Source: Pseudomonadota bacterium (GTDB lineage Bacteria; Pseudomonadota; Gammaproteobacteria; Burkholderiales; SG8-39). Taken from it: 64,000 nucleotides of DNA. This document shows, piece after piece, positions 52,120 through 62,974 of the stretch (position 1 is the stretch's first letter; every line of letters begins with the position of its first letter). The stretch covers positions 2,205 to 66,204 of the forward strand of contig JANXRZ010000102.1 of the NCBI GenBank assembly GCA_025352885.1, written 5' to 3'. The position numbers and the translations under genes are program-made. The notes beneath the pieces are model-generated. The model saw nothing but the letters and a program-made list of their open reading frames with translations, made no database searches and was not told the DNA's origin.

Positions 52120-54696
52120 TTAGACGTGCAGCTCTTCGAGAAGGTCCTGTTCGAGAAGCAGGACGACCCGCTGGTTTGACAGCGAATCCCCGGCTACCAG
52201 AAAAACGTCTTCCGCACGATCGCCAAGCGTGTTGACCTTGGCTGTTCTCAGGTTGACGTTATAGCGGGAAAGCACGCGAGCGATCCCATAGAGCAGTCCC
52301 GGCCGGTCGCTCGCCACGATTGACAGCAGGTACAGCGTGCCGCGCTCATCCGGGCGGATATCCACGGACGGCGTGACAGGGAAGTGCCTGACCCGACGCG
52401 AGATCCGGCCTCGTGCCGAGGGACCCAATGGGGTGTCGGCCTGCAGTTCGCCCGCGAGCTCGGTCTCAATGAGGCTGATCATGTCCCGGTAATGGGCCGC
52501 TTTGCCCTTGCCCATGATCAGGAAAGTGTCGAGGGCATGTCCATGGCGAGTCGTATGAACCTTCGCCTCTACGATGTTGAAATTCGCTCGCTCGAAGTAC
52601 CCGCAGATGCGCGCGAATAGCTCCTTTCGGTCGGGCGTGTAGATCATCACCTGAAGGCCTTCACCGAAGTTCGACAGCCGGGCTCTCACGACCGGTTTGT
52701 CAGAATCGACTCGATAATGGAGGTTGCGCGTCTGCCATGCGATTTCCTGCGCGTCATGGCGGAGGAAATAGGCTGTGTCCAGCTGCGCCCAGAAGCGGTC
52801 CTTGACGGTGTCGGACAATGCATAAAGGCGCAAAAGCCGCATCGCTTCGGCCTGCGTGTCGGCTACCGCCGAGTCAGGCTTGATCACGCCACCCGTAAGC
52901 AAGTAGCGCGCGGAGCGAAACAGGTCTTCGAGAAGCTTGGCCTTCCAGGCGTTCCAGACTTTAGGGCTCGTGCCACGCACGTCTGCCACCGTTAGTAAGT
53001 ACAACGCCACCAGCCGGCGCTCGGTCCTTACCGTGGCAGCAAAAGACTTGATCACCTCGGGATCCGAAACGTCCTGCTTTTGCGCAACCGACGTCATCGA
53101 GAGATGGTGCGTAACCAGGAAGGCGACCAGGTCGAGGTCATCGGCAGCCAAGCCATGGCTGCGCCCGAAACGCCGGACATCACGCGCTCCGAGTTGCGAA
53201 TGGTCTCCGCCTCGCCCTTTGGCGATGTCGTGATACAGGGCGGCGACGTAAAGCAGCCAATGGTGCTCGAATCCGCTCATGAGCCGGCTCGCCAGCGGAA
53301 ATTCATGTGCGAATTCCGGCATGGTGAACCGCCGCAGGTTTCGCAGCACCATGAGGATGTGCTGGTCCACGGTGTACACGTGGAACAGGTCATGCTGCAT
53401 CTGGCCCACGATCCGGCCGAATTCGGGGATGTACCGGCCGAGGATGCCGTACTGGTTCATGCGCCTGAATTCATGCACGATGCCCCGGGATTGCTGGAGG
53501 ATCTGCAGGAAGAGCAGCCGGTTGAGAGGGTTGCGCCGGTAGGCCGCATCGATTCGAGGTCGCGCGCGCCACAGTGCGCGAAGCGTGGAGGCGGTCATGC
53601 CACGCAACTCGCCGTGCTGCTGCATGAGCAGGAAGCTTTCGAGAATCGCGGATGGTTCCGTCTCGAACAGCGACTCGTCCCTTGCGGCCAGGAGTTCGCC
53701 CTGCACCTGGAATCGCTCGTTCAGTTCCCGCGGCTCCGTCTGCTCTCGACGTGACAGCCGCGCGCCGAGGCTTTGCAACAGGATTGCATTGAGTTGCGTA
53801 ATCGCCTTGGCCGCACGGAAGTAGCGCTGCATGAGCGCTTCGCTCGCACGCCGGGTGCCCGTAGCGTGCGCACGCATTTGGCCGGCCAGGGCGGTCTGGT
53901 AGTCGAAAACGATGCGATCTTCGCGCCGACCGGCGAGGTAATGCAGCCGGATTCGTAATTCGTTGAGCAACTCCTCGTTGCGGCCAAGTTCTACGGCTTC
54001 GGCGCGGGTTACGAGACCATTCACCTCGAGATCCTTCCAGCGCTTTCCCAGGCCGCATGCAGAAGCGATCCACCTGATCGTATGCAGGTCTCGCAGTCCG
54101 CCCGGGGCCTCCTTGAGATTCGGCTCCAGCGCATACGGCGTGTCCTGATGCTTGGCGTGACGGTGTTCCTGCTCCAGCCGCTTGGCTTCGTAGAACATTT
54201 CGCAATCAAGGTGGGCTCGCATCGCCGCGGAAAGACGATCGAAGAGAGTACGGCTACCGCATACGAGCCTCGCCTCTAGGAGCGACGTCTGCACGGTGAT
54301 GTCGCCTGAGGCCGTATCGAGGCACGCTTCGATCGTGCGAACGCTATGGCCCGTTTCGAGGCCGACATCCCAGAATGAGCCGACGAGGGCCTCGAGCTTC
54401 TCCCGCTCGCGCTGAAGCGGTTCTCCCTCGATCAGGATGAGAATGTCGATATCGGAAAACGGGAACAATTCCTGGCGGCCATAGCCTCCGACGGCTATGA
54501 GCGACGCGTCTCGCGGCATGCCGGCGTTCTTCCACAGGGACTTGAGGGTCCCGTCGATCAGCGCGGCGTGGGCGTGAAGGAGGCGATGTGCGCGAGGTGA
54601 GGAAAAAAACTCGCCTCGCAGCTTGCTGCGCCCCGTCTGGAGGGTCGCACGAACGCTGTCGATTTCTGCGGGCGCCGCAAGGAGCGCTGCAGTCAT
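52120..54696 (-). CDS. glnD: [Protein-PII] uridylyltransferase / uridylyl-removing enzyme
   Basis: Nucleotidyltransferase GGYGRQELFPFSDIDI, an HD domain YHDIAKG, and two C-terminal ACT domains. Confidence 0.96.
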   Translation of the reverse strand: MTAALLAAPAEIDSVRATLQTGRSKLRGEFFSSPRAHRLLHAHAALIDGTLKSLWKNAGMPRDASLIAVGGYGRQELFPFSDIDILILIEGEPLQREREKLEALVGSFWDVGLETGHSVRTIEACLDTASGDITVQTSLLEARLVCGSRTLFDRLSAAMRAHLDCEMFYEAKRLEQEHRHAKHQDTPYALEPNLKEAPGGLRDLHTIRWIASACGLGKRWKDLEVNGLVTRAEAVELGRNEELLNELRIRLHYLAGRREDRIVFDYQTALAGQMRAHATGTRRASEALMQRYFRAAKAITQLNAILLQSLGARLSRREQTEPRELNERFQVQGELLAARDESLFETEPSAILESFLLMQQHGELRGMTASTLRALWRARPRIDAAYRRNPLNRLLFLQILQQSRGIVHEFRRMNQYGILGRYIPEFGRIVGQMQHDLFHVYTVDQHILMVLRNLRRFTMPEFAHEFPLASRLMSGFEHHWLLYVAALYHDIAKGRGGDHSQLGARDVRRFGRSHGLAADDLDLVAFLVTHHLSMTSVAQKQDVSDPEVIKSFAATVRTERRLVALYLLTVADVRGTSPKVWNAWKAKLLEDLFRSARYLLTGGVIKPDSAVADTQAEAMRLLRLYALSDTVKDRFWAQLDTAYFLRHDAQEIAWQTRNLHYRVDSDKPVVRARLSNFGEGLQVMIYTPDRKELFARICGYFERANFNIVEAKVHTTRHGHALDTFLIMGKGKAAHYRDMISLIETELAGELQADTPLGPSARGRISRRVRHFPVTPSVDIRPDERGTLYLLSIVASDRPGLLYGIARVLSRYNVNLRTAKVNTLGDRAEDVFLVAGDSLSNQRVVLLLEQDLLEELHV

Positions 54697-54699
54697 TTG

Positions 54700-55500
54700 C
54701 TAGGCAATAATCGACGGTGGGGGCGGCGTGCCTGCCGAGCGGGTCAGGACGTCGTAGCCGGTTTCGGTGACCAGCACCGTATGCTCCCACTGGGCGGAAA
54801 GGCTGTGATCCTTCGTGACGATCGTCCATCCGTCTGCAAGTTCCCGGATTGCCGGCTTGCCTGCATTGATCATCGGCTCGACCGTAAAGGTCATTCCCTG
54901 TTCGAGCGGAAGCCCGGTTCCCGGTTTCCCGTAGTGCAGGACCTGGGGGTCTTCATGGAATTTGCGTCCGATGCCATGCCCGCAGAATTCCCGAACGACG
55001 GAGAAGCCATGCTTTTCGGCGTGCGCCTGGATTGCCGCGCCAAGGTCGCCCAGTCGCGCACCCGGCCGAACGCCCGCGATCCCGACCCACATGCATTCGT
55101 AAGTCACATCGCACAGGCGCCTGGCCTGGATGCTCGGCTCGCCCACAAAGTACATTCTGCTCGAGTCGCCATGGAAACCGTCCTTGATGACGGTGACATC
55201 AATATTGACGACGTCGCCGGGCCTGAGGACGCGGTCTCCCGGAATGCCATGGCAGACCTGGTGATTCACAGAGGTGCAGATGGACTTGGGGAACGGCTTA
55301 TAGCCCGGCGGAGCATAGTTGAGTGGTGCCGGGATCGTGCCTTGCTCACCCACCATGTAGGCGTGGCAGAGGTCGTTCAGTTTCCCCGTGGTTACCCCCG
55401 GCTTCACATGAGGCGTGATGAAATCAAGGACTTCCGAGGCCAGGCGCCCGGCCACCCGCATTTTCTCGATTTCTTCGGGGGTCTTGAGGGTTACGGACAT
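54700..55500 (-). CDS. map: Type I methionine aminopeptidase
   Basis: Motifs VCHGIP, DVTV, GHGIG and EHTVLVT. Confidence 0.96.
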   Translation of the reverse strand: MSVTLKTPEEIEKMRVAGRLASEVLDFITPHVKPGVTTGKLNDLCHAYMVGEQGTIPAPLNYAPPGYKPFPKSICTSVNHQVCHGIPGDRVLRPGDVVNIDVTVIKDGFHGDSSRMYFVGEPSIQARRLCDVTYECMWVGIAGVRPGARLGDLGAAIQAHAEKHGFSVVREFCGHGIGRKFHEDPQVLHYGKPGTGLPLEQGMTFTVEPMINAGKPAIRELADGWTIVTKDHSLSAQWEHTVLVTETGYDVLTRSAGTPPPPSIIA

Positions 55501-55570
55501 GACGGGAGGGGGCGGTTGGCTTGCGAACCGGCGCGAGGATACGGCAATAGCATTTGCTAGGCAACGTTCA

Positions 55571-55600
55571 TTGAGTCTTGAGCACTGATTATGCTAGAAT
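55571..55600 (+). promoter_or_regulatory. Putative rpsB promoter with an extended -10
   Basis: -35 TTGAGT (55571-55576), an 18-nt spacer ending in TGc, and -10 TAGAAT (55595-55600). This implies a ~120-nt leader to the ATG at 55729. Confidence 0.5.
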
Positions 55601-55728
55601 TTCGGGCTGGCTAAGTGGGGTTCAAAGCGTGCCTGCAAGGCCAAATTTCCCGCCTGTCGTTTTAGGGTGCCCCATACGGGGTTTCGCGGCGCACGGGCGG
55701 TAGTGATCAACCCTAAAGAGGATGGCTC

Positions 55729-56475
55729 ATGTCTGTAACCATGCGTGAAATGTTGGAAGCGGGTGTCCATTTCGGACATCAGACCCGCTATTGGAATCCG
55801 AAGATGGAGCAGTTCATCTTCGGCCACCGCAATAAGATTCATATCATCAATCTCGAGAAGACCCTGGTCATGTACCAAGGGGCGCTCAAGTTCATCCGCC
55901 AGCTCTCGGCGAACAAGGGCAACATAATGTTCGTGGGCACGAAGCGGCAGGCGCGCGAGATCGTCCACGAGGAAGCCCTGCGGTGCGGTTCGCCGTTCGT
56001 CGATCACCGTTGGCTGGGTGGCATGCTCACCAACTTCAAGACCGTGAAGCAATCGATCAAGCGCCTGAAGGAGATGGAACTCATGGCGCAGGACGGCTCG
56101 TTCGAGCGCATCGCCAAGAAAGAAGCGCTTGGCCTGCAGCGCGAAATGGACAAGCTGCGGCGCAGCCTTGGCGGGATCAAGGACCTCGTGAGCCTCCCGG
56201 ATGCGCTGTTCGTAATCGACGTGGGGTACCACAAAGGTGCGATTACGGAGGCAAACAAGCTCGGCATCCCCGTGGTGGCGGTCGTCGATACCAACCACTC
56301 GCCCGAGGGGATCGACTATGTCATTCCCGGCAACGATGACTCGAGCCGCGCCATAAGGCTGTACGCTCGGGGCGTTGCGGATGCCGTGCTAGAAGGGCGC
56401 ACGCAGTCGGTCGAAAAAGTGATTGCCGCCTCACGCGACGAATTCGTCGAGGTGAACGACGAGGTGAGCGCCTGA
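55729..56475 (+). CDS. rpsB: 30S ribosomal protein S2
   Basis: Motifs [22 protein letters not shown] and FVGTKRQA. Confidence 0.98.
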   Translation: MSVTMREMLEAGVHFGHQTRYWNPKMEQFIFGHRNKIHIINLEKTLVMYQGALKFIRQLSANKGNIMFVGTKRQAREIVHEEALRCGSPFVDHRWLGGMLTNFKTVKQSIKRLKEMELMAQDGSFERIAKKEALGLQREMDKLRRSLGGIKDLVSLPDALFVIDVGYHKGAITEANKLGIPVVAVVDTNHSPEGIDYVIPGNDDSSRAIRLYARGVADAVLEGRTQSVEKVIAASRDEFVEVNDEVSA

Positions 56476-56503
56476 ACAGGCCCCGCGCGATACGCGTGTA
56501 CAA

Positions 56504-56524
56504 GGGGCCGCGGGCCCCTTTTTT
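56504..56524 (+). terminator. rpsB-tsf intergenic hairpin with a T-tract (attenuator/partial terminator)
   Basis: Hairpin GGGGCC-GCG-GGCCCC, followed by TTTTTT. Confidence 0.7.
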
Positions 56525-56559
56525 GAATCCATGTCTGGCAAATCGGTAGGAGCAAGGTA

Positions 56560-57429
56560 ATGGCAGAAGTTACAGCGGCGATGGTCAAGGAATTGCGCGA
56601 GATGACCGGCCTTGGAATGATGGAATGCAAGAAGGCGCTGCAGGAGACCGGGGGAGACATCGGCAAGGCTGAGGAGTTTCTCCGCATCCGCAGCGGCGCC
56701 AAGGCAAGCAAGGCTGCGGCTCGCGTGGCAGCCGAGGGCGTGGTCGGCATGTATGTCTCGCCGGATGCGAAGCTCGGCGCGCTTGTCGAAGTGAACTGTG
56801 AAACGGATTTCGTGGCCCGGAACCAGGATTTCCTGGCCTTTGCGAATGGCCTCGCGCGCATTGTCGCCGAAGACAACCCGACGGACGCGGAAAATCTCGC
56901 CGGGCGCTCGATCGATGGAACCACCGTCGAAGCCAGGCGCCAGGCGCTGGTGCAGAAAATTGGTGAAAACATCTCGATCCGGCGGTTCAGCCGCCTCGCA
57001 GCCACCGGAAAGTTGGCGTCTTACCTGCACGGAGCGAAGATCGGAGTGCTCGTGGACTTTGAGGGTCCGGAGGAGACAGGCAAGGATCTCGCCATGCATA
57101 TTGCTTTCGCCAAGCCGAAGTACATGCGCAAGGACGAAGTTCCGGCGGAAGCGGCGGCGAAAGAACGCGAAATCCTGTCGGCGCGGGCGGCCGAGTCCGG
57201 CAAGCCCCCGGAGATCGTTGCAAAAATGGTCGAAGGCGGGATCAACAAGTTCCTCGGTGAGATTTCCCTGCTTGGCCAGCCGTTCGTCAAGGACGACAAG
57301 CAAACGGTCGAAAAAATGCTGGCCTCCAAGAAAGCGAAAGCTCACGGCTACGCGTTCTTCGTCGTTGGCGAGGGCATCGAAAAGAAGAGCATGGATTTCG
57401 CCGCCGAAGTCGCCGGCCTGGCCCGCTAG
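56560..57429 (+). CDS. tsf: Elongation factor Ts
   Basis: Motif [22 protein letters not shown]. Confidence 0.98.
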   Translation: MAEVTAAMVKELREMTGLGMMECKKALQETGGDIGKAEEFLRIRSGAKASKAAARVAAEGVVGMYVSPDAKLGALVEVNCETDFVARNQDFLAFANGLARIVAEDNPTDAENLAGRSIDGTTVEARRQALVQKIGENISIRRFSRLAATGKLASYLHGAKIGVLVDFEGPEETGKDLAMHIAFAKPKYMRKDEVPAEAAAKEREILSARAAESGKPPEIVAKMVEGGINKFLGEISLLGQPFVKDDKQTVEKMLASKKAKAHGYAFFVVGEGIEKKSMDFAAEVAGLAR

Positions 57430-57441
57430 GGAACACGGCCT

Positions 57442-58155
57442 GTGACCCCCAAATACAAACGGATCCTGCTGAAACTGTCCGGCGAGGCGCTGATGGGGGG
57501 CGATGCCTTTGGAATCAACCGGCAAACGATCGAGTCGATCGTCGCTGAGATTGCCACAGTGGTTCGAATGGGCGTCGAAATCGGCGCCGTGATCGGCGGT
57601 GGCAATATCTTTCGCGGGGTGGCGCCCGGCGCCGCAGGGATGGACCGCGCAACTGCGGACTACATGGGCATGCTTGCAACCGTGATGAACGCACTGGCCC
57701 TGCAAGATGCCATGCGGCACGCCGGGATCGCCAGCCGCGTGCAGTCGGCCCTGAACATCGAGCAGGTTGTGGAACCCTACATCCGCGGCAAAGCCATCCG
57801 CTATCTCGAGGAAGGCAAGATCGTCATCTTCGCTGCCGGAACTGGCAATCCGTTCTTCACCACTGATACCGCCGCTGCATTGCGCGGAAGCGAGATGGGC
57901 GCGGAGATCGTCCTCAAGGCCACGAAGGTGGACGGCGTCTACACAGCCGATCCGCAGAAGGACCCGGCAGCCAAGCGCTACAGCAGGATCAGCTTCGATG
58001 ACGCCATCCACCAGGACCTGAAGGTGATGGATGCCACGGCGCTCACCCTTTGCCGTGACCAGAAGCTGCCGATCAACGTATTCAGCATTTTCAAGGCCGG
58101 TGCGCTCGCCCGGGTGGTTGCCGGGGAAGACGAAGGCACGCTGGTGCACATCTGA
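57442..58155 (+). CDS. pyrH: UMP kinase
   Basis: Motifs [13 protein letters not shown] and [11 protein letters not shown] start. Confidence 0.97.
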   Translation: MTPKYKRILLKLSGEALMGGDAFGINRQTIESIVAEIATVVRMGVEIGAVIGGGNIFRGVAPGAAGMDRATADYMGMLATVMNALALQDAMRHAGIASRVQSALNIEQVVEPYIRGKAIRYLEEGKIVIFAAGTGNPFFTTDTAAALRGSEMGAEIVLKATKVDGVYTADPQKDPAAKRYSRISFDDAIHQDLKVMDATALTLCRDQKLPINVFSIFKAGALARVVAGEDEGTLVHI

Positions 58156-58179
58156 GGTCTCACGTACACGGAGGATGGG

Positions 58180-58737
58180 ATGATCGCTGAGCTGAAAAAG
58201 ACCACCGAGACGAAGATGAAGAAGTCGATCGAGGCGCTCAAGAACGATCTCGGAAAGGTGCGCACCGGTCGTGCCCATCCCGGGCTCCTGGACCACGTGA
58301 TGGTGGACTACTACGGCACCCAGACCCCGTTGAGTGGGGTGGCGAACGTTACGCTCATCGACGCGCGGACGATCGGGATCACCCCGTGGGAGAAGAAAAT
58401 GGTCGCTGCGATCGAGAAGGCGATCAGGGAATCGGATCTCGGCCTGAACCCTTCGGCCATGGGCGACATGATCCGCGTGCCGATGCCGCCGCTTACCGAG
58501 GAAAGGCGCAAGGAACTGATCAAGGTGGTGCGCGGGGAGGGGGAGAACGCGAGGGTCGCGGTACGAAACCTGCGGCGTGACGCGAACCACGTACTCAAGG
58601 ACGCCCTCAAGAATAAAGACATTTCCGAGGACGACGAGCGCCGTGCGCAGGACGAGGTGCAGAAGCTGACCGACCGGCATGTTGCCGAGATTGACAAAAT
58701 GCTCCAGCACAAGGAAGCGGAGCTGCTTGCCGTCTGA
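58180..58737 (+). CDS. frr: Ribosome recycling factor
   Basis: Motifs [17 protein letters not shown] and [11 protein letters not shown]. Confidence 0.97.
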   Translation: MIAELKKTTETKMKKSIEALKNDLGKVRTGRAHPGLLDHVMVDYYGTQTPLSGVANVTLIDARTIGITPWEKKMVAAIEKAIRESDLGLNPSAMGDMIRVPMPPLTEERRKELIKVVRGEGENARVAVRNLRRDANHVLKDALKNKDISEDDERRAQDEVQKLTDRHVAEIDKMLQHKEAELLAV

Positions 58738-58757
58738 GTCCAGGAGGACTGCGATTC

Positions 58758-59576
58758 ATGCATAACAGCTCGACACTCGTAGTTCCCGAAGCATCCTCGA
58801 TTCCGCGGCACGTCGCGGTGATCATGGACGGCAACGGGCGATGGGCCAAGCGCAGGCACCTGCCGCGGTTCGCCGGCCATCAGCGTGGCGTGGAAGCGGT
58901 GAGGGCAGCCGTCAAGTGCTGCGTGGATCGTGGGATCGGATATCTCACCCTCTTCGCATTCAGCTCCGAGAATTGGCGCCGTCCTGCAGAGGAGGTTGCC
59001 CTTCTCATGGAACTGTTCACCGGCGCCCTCACGAAAGAGGTAGCCAAGATGCATCGCAACGGCGTGCGCCTCCGGGTGATCGGGGATTTGCGCCGCTTCG
59101 ATTCGCGCATCCAGAGCCTGATCACGGAGGCTGAGCGGCTTACCGAGGCGAATACCACGCTCACGGTCACCATTGCCGCCAACTACGGTGGGCGATGGGA
59201 CATGCTGCAGGCGCTGGCCCGCCTCGTTAAGGACAATCCCGAACGGGCGTCCGGCGAATTCACCGAAGCCGACCTCGCGCCTTACCTGTCGATGAGCTAT
59301 GCCCCGGAGCCGGACCTGTTCATCCGGACCGGCGGGGAACATCGCATCAGCAACTTCCTCTTATGGCAGCTTGCCTACACGGAGTTGTACTTCACCGATG
59401 CGCTCTGGCCGGATTTCGGGGCCGAATGCCTCGATGAGGCGATTGCCTGGTATGCAGGTCGGGAACGCCGGTTCGGCCGCACCAGCGAGCAGCTCGAATC
59501 CGGAAAGCGGGCGTCCAGCGGCGCCGGGGACGTGGCTTCGCCAGGCGCGCCGCGCCGCACCCGGGCGAATGCTTAA
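58758..59576 (+). CDS. uppS: Ditrans,polycis-undecaprenyl-diphosphate synthase
   Basis: Motifs [24 protein letters not shown] and [15 protein letters not shown]. Confidence 0.96.
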   Translation: MHNSSTLVVPEASSIPRHVAVIMDGNGRWAKRRHLPRFAGHQRGVEAVRAAVKCCVDRGIGYLTLFAFSSENWRRPAEEVALLMELFTGALTKEVAKMHRNGVRLRVIGDLRRFDSRIQSLITEAERLTEANTTLTVTIAANYGGRWDMLQALARLVKDNPERASGEFTEADLAPYLSMSYAPEPDLFIRTGGEHRISNFLLWQLAYTELYFTDALWPDFGAECLDEAIAWYAGRERRFGRTSEQLESGKRASSGAGDVASPGAPRRTRANA

Positions 59577-60396
59577 AGAGCGGGTCGCCACAGCCGTTGT
59601 CCTGCTGGGCGTTTTCCTCTGCGCAGTCTTCTTCTTGCCGACGCGCCAGTTTGCCGCGTTGGTTGGCTGTGTCGTTGGGGTGGGCGCTTATGAATGGGGG
59701 ATGCTCGCAGGCTTTCGCAGGGGCGTCCGATACGTGTTTTGCGCTGTCTGCCTCGCCTTGTTCGCCGCGGTGGTCTGGGTTCTCCAGGCGATCGATCCTT
59801 CGCGGCCGGAAGTCGCATCCATATACGCTGTGCCGGCACTCTTCTGGGTCCTCGCCGTTCCTGTGTGGCTCGCTCGAATGAAAGCAGTCCCACGAGGACT
59901 CATGGCACTGGTCGGAGTAGTGGTCGTGGTGCCCGCCGGCCTCTCTATCGTGAGCCTGCATTCGGTTTCCCCGACGGTTCTGCTGATGGTGCTCGGGCTC
60001 ATCTGGATTGCGGATATCGCCGCTTATTTTTCCGGCCGCGCGTTCGGCAAGCATAAATTGGCGCCGCAGATCAGCCCGGGCAAGACATGGGAGGGCGTGG
60101 CCGGCGCCATCGTCGGCACGATGATCTACGCTATTATTTGCGCAATGGTTGCTCCGGAGCTGCGAGCGATCGTAAGAGGCGGGCTGTGGGTCCAATGCCT
60201 GGCCGTGGCGGCCTTGCTGTGCACCATCAGCATCATCGGCGACCTGTTCGAATCAATGGTCAAGCGTTTGGCAAAAGTCAAAGACAGCGGGACATTGCTG
60301 CCGGGCCACGGCGGTGTCCTCGACCGCATAGACAGCATCACTGCAACCGTTCCGATCTCGGCATTGCTCCTTTACTTCGTCACCGGCGGCCCATGA
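59569..60396 (+). CDS. cdsA: Phosphatidate cytidylyltransferase
   Basis: Multi-pass membrane protein with the signature SxxKRxxxxKDSGxLLPGHGGxLDRxDS. Confidence 0.93.
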   Translation: MLKERVATAVVLLGVFLCAVFFLPTRQFAALVGCVVGVGAYEWGMLAGFRRGVRYVFCAVCLALFAAVVWVLQAIDPSRPEVASIYAVPALFWVLAVPVWLARMKAVPRGLMALVGVVVVVPAGLSIVSLHSVSPTVLLMVLGLIWIADIAAYFSGRAFGKHKLAPQISPGKTWEGVAGAIVGTMIYAIICAMVAPELRAIVRGGLWVQCLAVAALLCTISIIGDLFESMVKRLAKVKDSGTLLPGHGGVLDRIDSITATVPISALLLYFVTGGP

Positions 60397-61613
60397 TGCA
60401 CGGCCACCCTCGCACGGGTGCTGCGACGAAACGAAAACTCGCCATTCTCGGCGCGACCGGTTCGGTCGGCCGGAACACTCTGGATGTGGCCGCACGCCAT
60501 CCGGATGCCTATGCCATCCACTCGCTCACTGCGAATACCTCGGCCGATGAGTTGATCGAACTCTGCCTTGTGCACCAACCCGTCGTTGCCGTGCTGTCAG
60601 GGTCGGTAGACGAGGGGGCAGCCCGCCGTCGCCTGAAGGAAGAGGGGTGCCTGACGGAGCTGCTTTGCGGGAGTGCGGCGTTGTCGAGCGCAGTAGAAGG
60701 CGCGGACGTGGTCATGGCCGCCATCGTAGGCGCCGCCGGGCTTGCGCCTACGTTAAGCGCTGCTCGCGCGGGCAAGCAGGTTCTCCTCGCTAACAAGGAG
60801 GCGCTTGTCATGGCCGGCCCGCTGTTCATGGGCGAAGCTCGCAAGGCGGGCGCGGTGCTTCTTCCGATCGACAGCGAACACAACGCGGTATTCCAATGCC
60901 TGCCGGCCGGTCGCTCGGCGCGTGCCGACTTGTCGGAAGTCAGGCGCATCCTGCTCACGGCATCCGGCGGACCCTTCAGGACGATGCGCCTCGAGGCGCT
61001 CGAGAAGGTCACGCCGGACGAGGCTTGCGCGCATCCCAACTGGGTGATGGGTCGCAAGATATCCGTCGACTCCGCAACAATGATGAATAAGGGCCTCGAA
61101 GTGATCGAGGCCCGGTGGCTCTTCGACGTCGAACCTTCGCGAATCGAAGTCGTGATCCACCCCGAAAGCATCATCCATTCGCTGGTCGAGTACATCGATG
61201 GCTCGGTCATTGCTCAATTAGGCAACCCGGACATGCGCGTGCCGATAGCGCATGCCCTGGCCTATCCCCGGCGCATGGCCTCCGGTGCGAGCTTCCTCGA
61301 CCTGGCAAAGGTGGCGCAGCTCAACTTCGCGGCGCCGGATCTTGCGCGGTTCCCCTGCCTGGGGCTGGCCTATGCGGCCCTGGCGGCTGGCGGGACTGCG
61401 CCCGCGATCCTAAATGCGGCCAATGAAGTGGCAGTGGAAGCATTTCTCCGAAAGCGGATCGGCTTTACCGAAATAGGACCGGTGATCGAGCACGTCATGG
61501 GACGCATAGCGGCCGGCGAGGCGACCACGCTTGAAGAGATCCTGGAGGCCGATCACGTTGCGCGCGCCTGCGCGATGGATCGCGTCGAACACTGCGAGGA
61601 GAGAGCCGCATGA
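60393..61613 (+). CDS. dxr: 1-deoxy-D-xylulose 5-phosphate reductoisomerase
   Basis: Motifs LAILGATGSVG, LANKEALV, PIDSEH, and NKGLEVIEA together with HPESIIHS. Confidence 0.96.
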   Translation: MMHGHPRTGAATKRKLAILGATGSVGRNTLDVAARHPDAYAIHSLTANTSADELIELCLVHQPVVAVLSGSVDEGAARRRLKEEGCLTELLCGSAALSSAVEGADVVMAAIVGAAGLAPTLSAARAGKQVLLANKEALVMAGPLFMGEARKAGAVLLPIDSEHNAVFQCLPAGRSARADLSEVRRILLTASGGPFRTMRLEALEKVTPDEACAHPNWVMGRKISVDSATMMNKGLEVIEARWLFDVEPSRIEVVIHPESIIHSLVEYIDGSVIAQLGNPDMRVPIAHALAYPRRMASGASFLDLAKVAQLNFAAPDLARFPCLGLAYAALAAGGTAPAILNAANEVAVEAFLRKRIGFTEIGPVIEHVMGRIAAGEATTLEEILEADHVARACAMDRVEHCEERAA

Positions 61614-62974
61614 TGCTCTTGCAGACGATTGCCGCGTTCATCGTGGCGCTTGGCGTGCTGATCGTGGTGCACGAGTTCGGGCATTACCTCGTAGCCCGCT
61701 GGTGCGGAGTCAAGGTCCTGCGATTTTCGGTCGGCTTCGGCCGGCCGCTCGCAGTCCTCCGGAGCGGACCTGACCGAACCGAATGGGTGCTCTCGGCCAT
61801 CCCCTTCGGGGGCTACGTGAAGATGCTCGATGAAAGAGAGGCGCCGGTCGAACCTGCAGAACTCCCACGCGCGTTCAATCGCAAGAGCGTTTGGCGGCGC
61901 TTCGCGATCGTCATGGCAGGGCCGCTCTTCAATTTTGTCTTTGCAATTCTAGTGTACGCGGGCCTGTACATGCATGGGATGCCCGAAGCGCGCCCCGTGA
62001 TAGCAGAGCCCGTCGCCGGCAGCGTTGCGCGCATCGCCGGATTTCACGGTGGCGACACGGTGCGCCGCATCGACGACCATGTCGTCGGCACGTGGCAGGA
62101 GTTGCGCTGGCGCCTCCTGCAGGGCGCGCTGCAGCGGCAAGTGCTTTCGGTAGAAGTGCTCAATGCCAAACAGCAGGTGACGATCCTGAGGCTCGATCTC
62201 ACAGGCCTATCCGGGGACGACGTCGAGAGCGACATGCTGGAAAGGCTCGGCTTCAGGCTTCATCGTCCGCACCTCCCGCCCGTGCTCGGCAAAGTAGTCG
62301 CCGGAAGCGCGGCCGAGAAGGCGGGCCTTCGTCCGGGTGACCGGGTCGAGGCGAGCGATGGGCAGCCAGTATCCACCTGGGATGCGCTCGTTCAGGCGAT
62401 TCGCGACAAGCCCGAGCAACCGATCCGCCTGACGGTGAACCGGGCGGGCCAGCGGGTCCTGCTAGAAGTAACGCCTGAGGCGGCGAATTCCGGCGGGCAG
62501 CGCATAGGGCGGATCGGCGTCGCGCCTGAGGTGCCCGCCGAGCATGCGGACAGGATCTTCGTCCAGGTGAAGTATGGGCTCATCGAAAGCCTCGGCAAGA
62601 GCATAGAGAAGACCTACGATATCTCGGTCTTCAGCCTGAAGATGCTCGGCAAAATGCTCGTGGGCGAAGTCTCCCTGAAGCACCTGTCAGGGCCCGTCAC
62701 CATTGCCGATTTCGCCGGGCAGTCGGCCCAGCTGGGCTGGGTCTCGTATCTCACCTTCCTTGCCCTCATCAGCATCAGCCTCGGGGTGCTGAACCTGTTG
62801 CCCGTCCCGATGCTGGACGGCGGACACTTGATGTATTATTGCGCGGAAATATTGAAGGGTAGCCCGGTATCCGAGCGTGTCATGGAGCTCGGTCAGCGCG
62901 TAGGTCTCGCGCTTCTGCTGGTGATGATGGCCTTCGCCTTTTATAACGACCTAAACCGCCTCTTCTCCAGCTGA
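61610..62974 (+). CDS. rseP: RIP metalloprotease RseP (M50, two PDZ domains)
   Basis: Motifs HEFGHY and NLLPVPMLDGGH. Confidence 0.95.
   Translation: MMLLQTIAAFIVALGVLIVVHEFGHYLVARWCGVKVLRFSVGFGRPLAVLRSGPDRTEWVLSAIPFGGYVKMLDEREAPVEPAELPRAFNRKSVWRRFAIVMAGPLFNFVFAILVYAGLYMHGMPEARPVIAEPVAGSVARIAGFHGGDTVRRIDDHVVGTWQELRWRLLQGALQRQVLSVEVLNAKQQVTILRLDLTGLSGDDVESDMLERLGFRLHRPHLPPVLGKVVAGSAAEKAGLRPGDRVEASDGQPVSTWDALVQAIRDKPEQPIRLTVNRAGQRVLLEVTPEAANSGGQRIGRIGVAPEVPAEHADRIFVQVKYGLIESLGKSIEKTYDISVFSLKMLGKMLVGEVSLKHLSGPVTIADFAGQSAQLGWVSYLTFLALISISLGVLNLLPVPMLDGGHLMYYCAEILKGSPVSERVMELGQRVGLALLLVMMAFAFYNDLNRLFSS

Noticed and set aside
56431-58710. 759-aa ORF on the minus strand, plus the similar 608-aa (31477-33303), 555-aa (16146-17813) and 552-aa (11470-13128) ORFs
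   Set aside because: All lie antisense to confidently identified genes (tsf/pyrH/frr, infB, ycaO and the large oxidoreductase). None has a recognisable domain.
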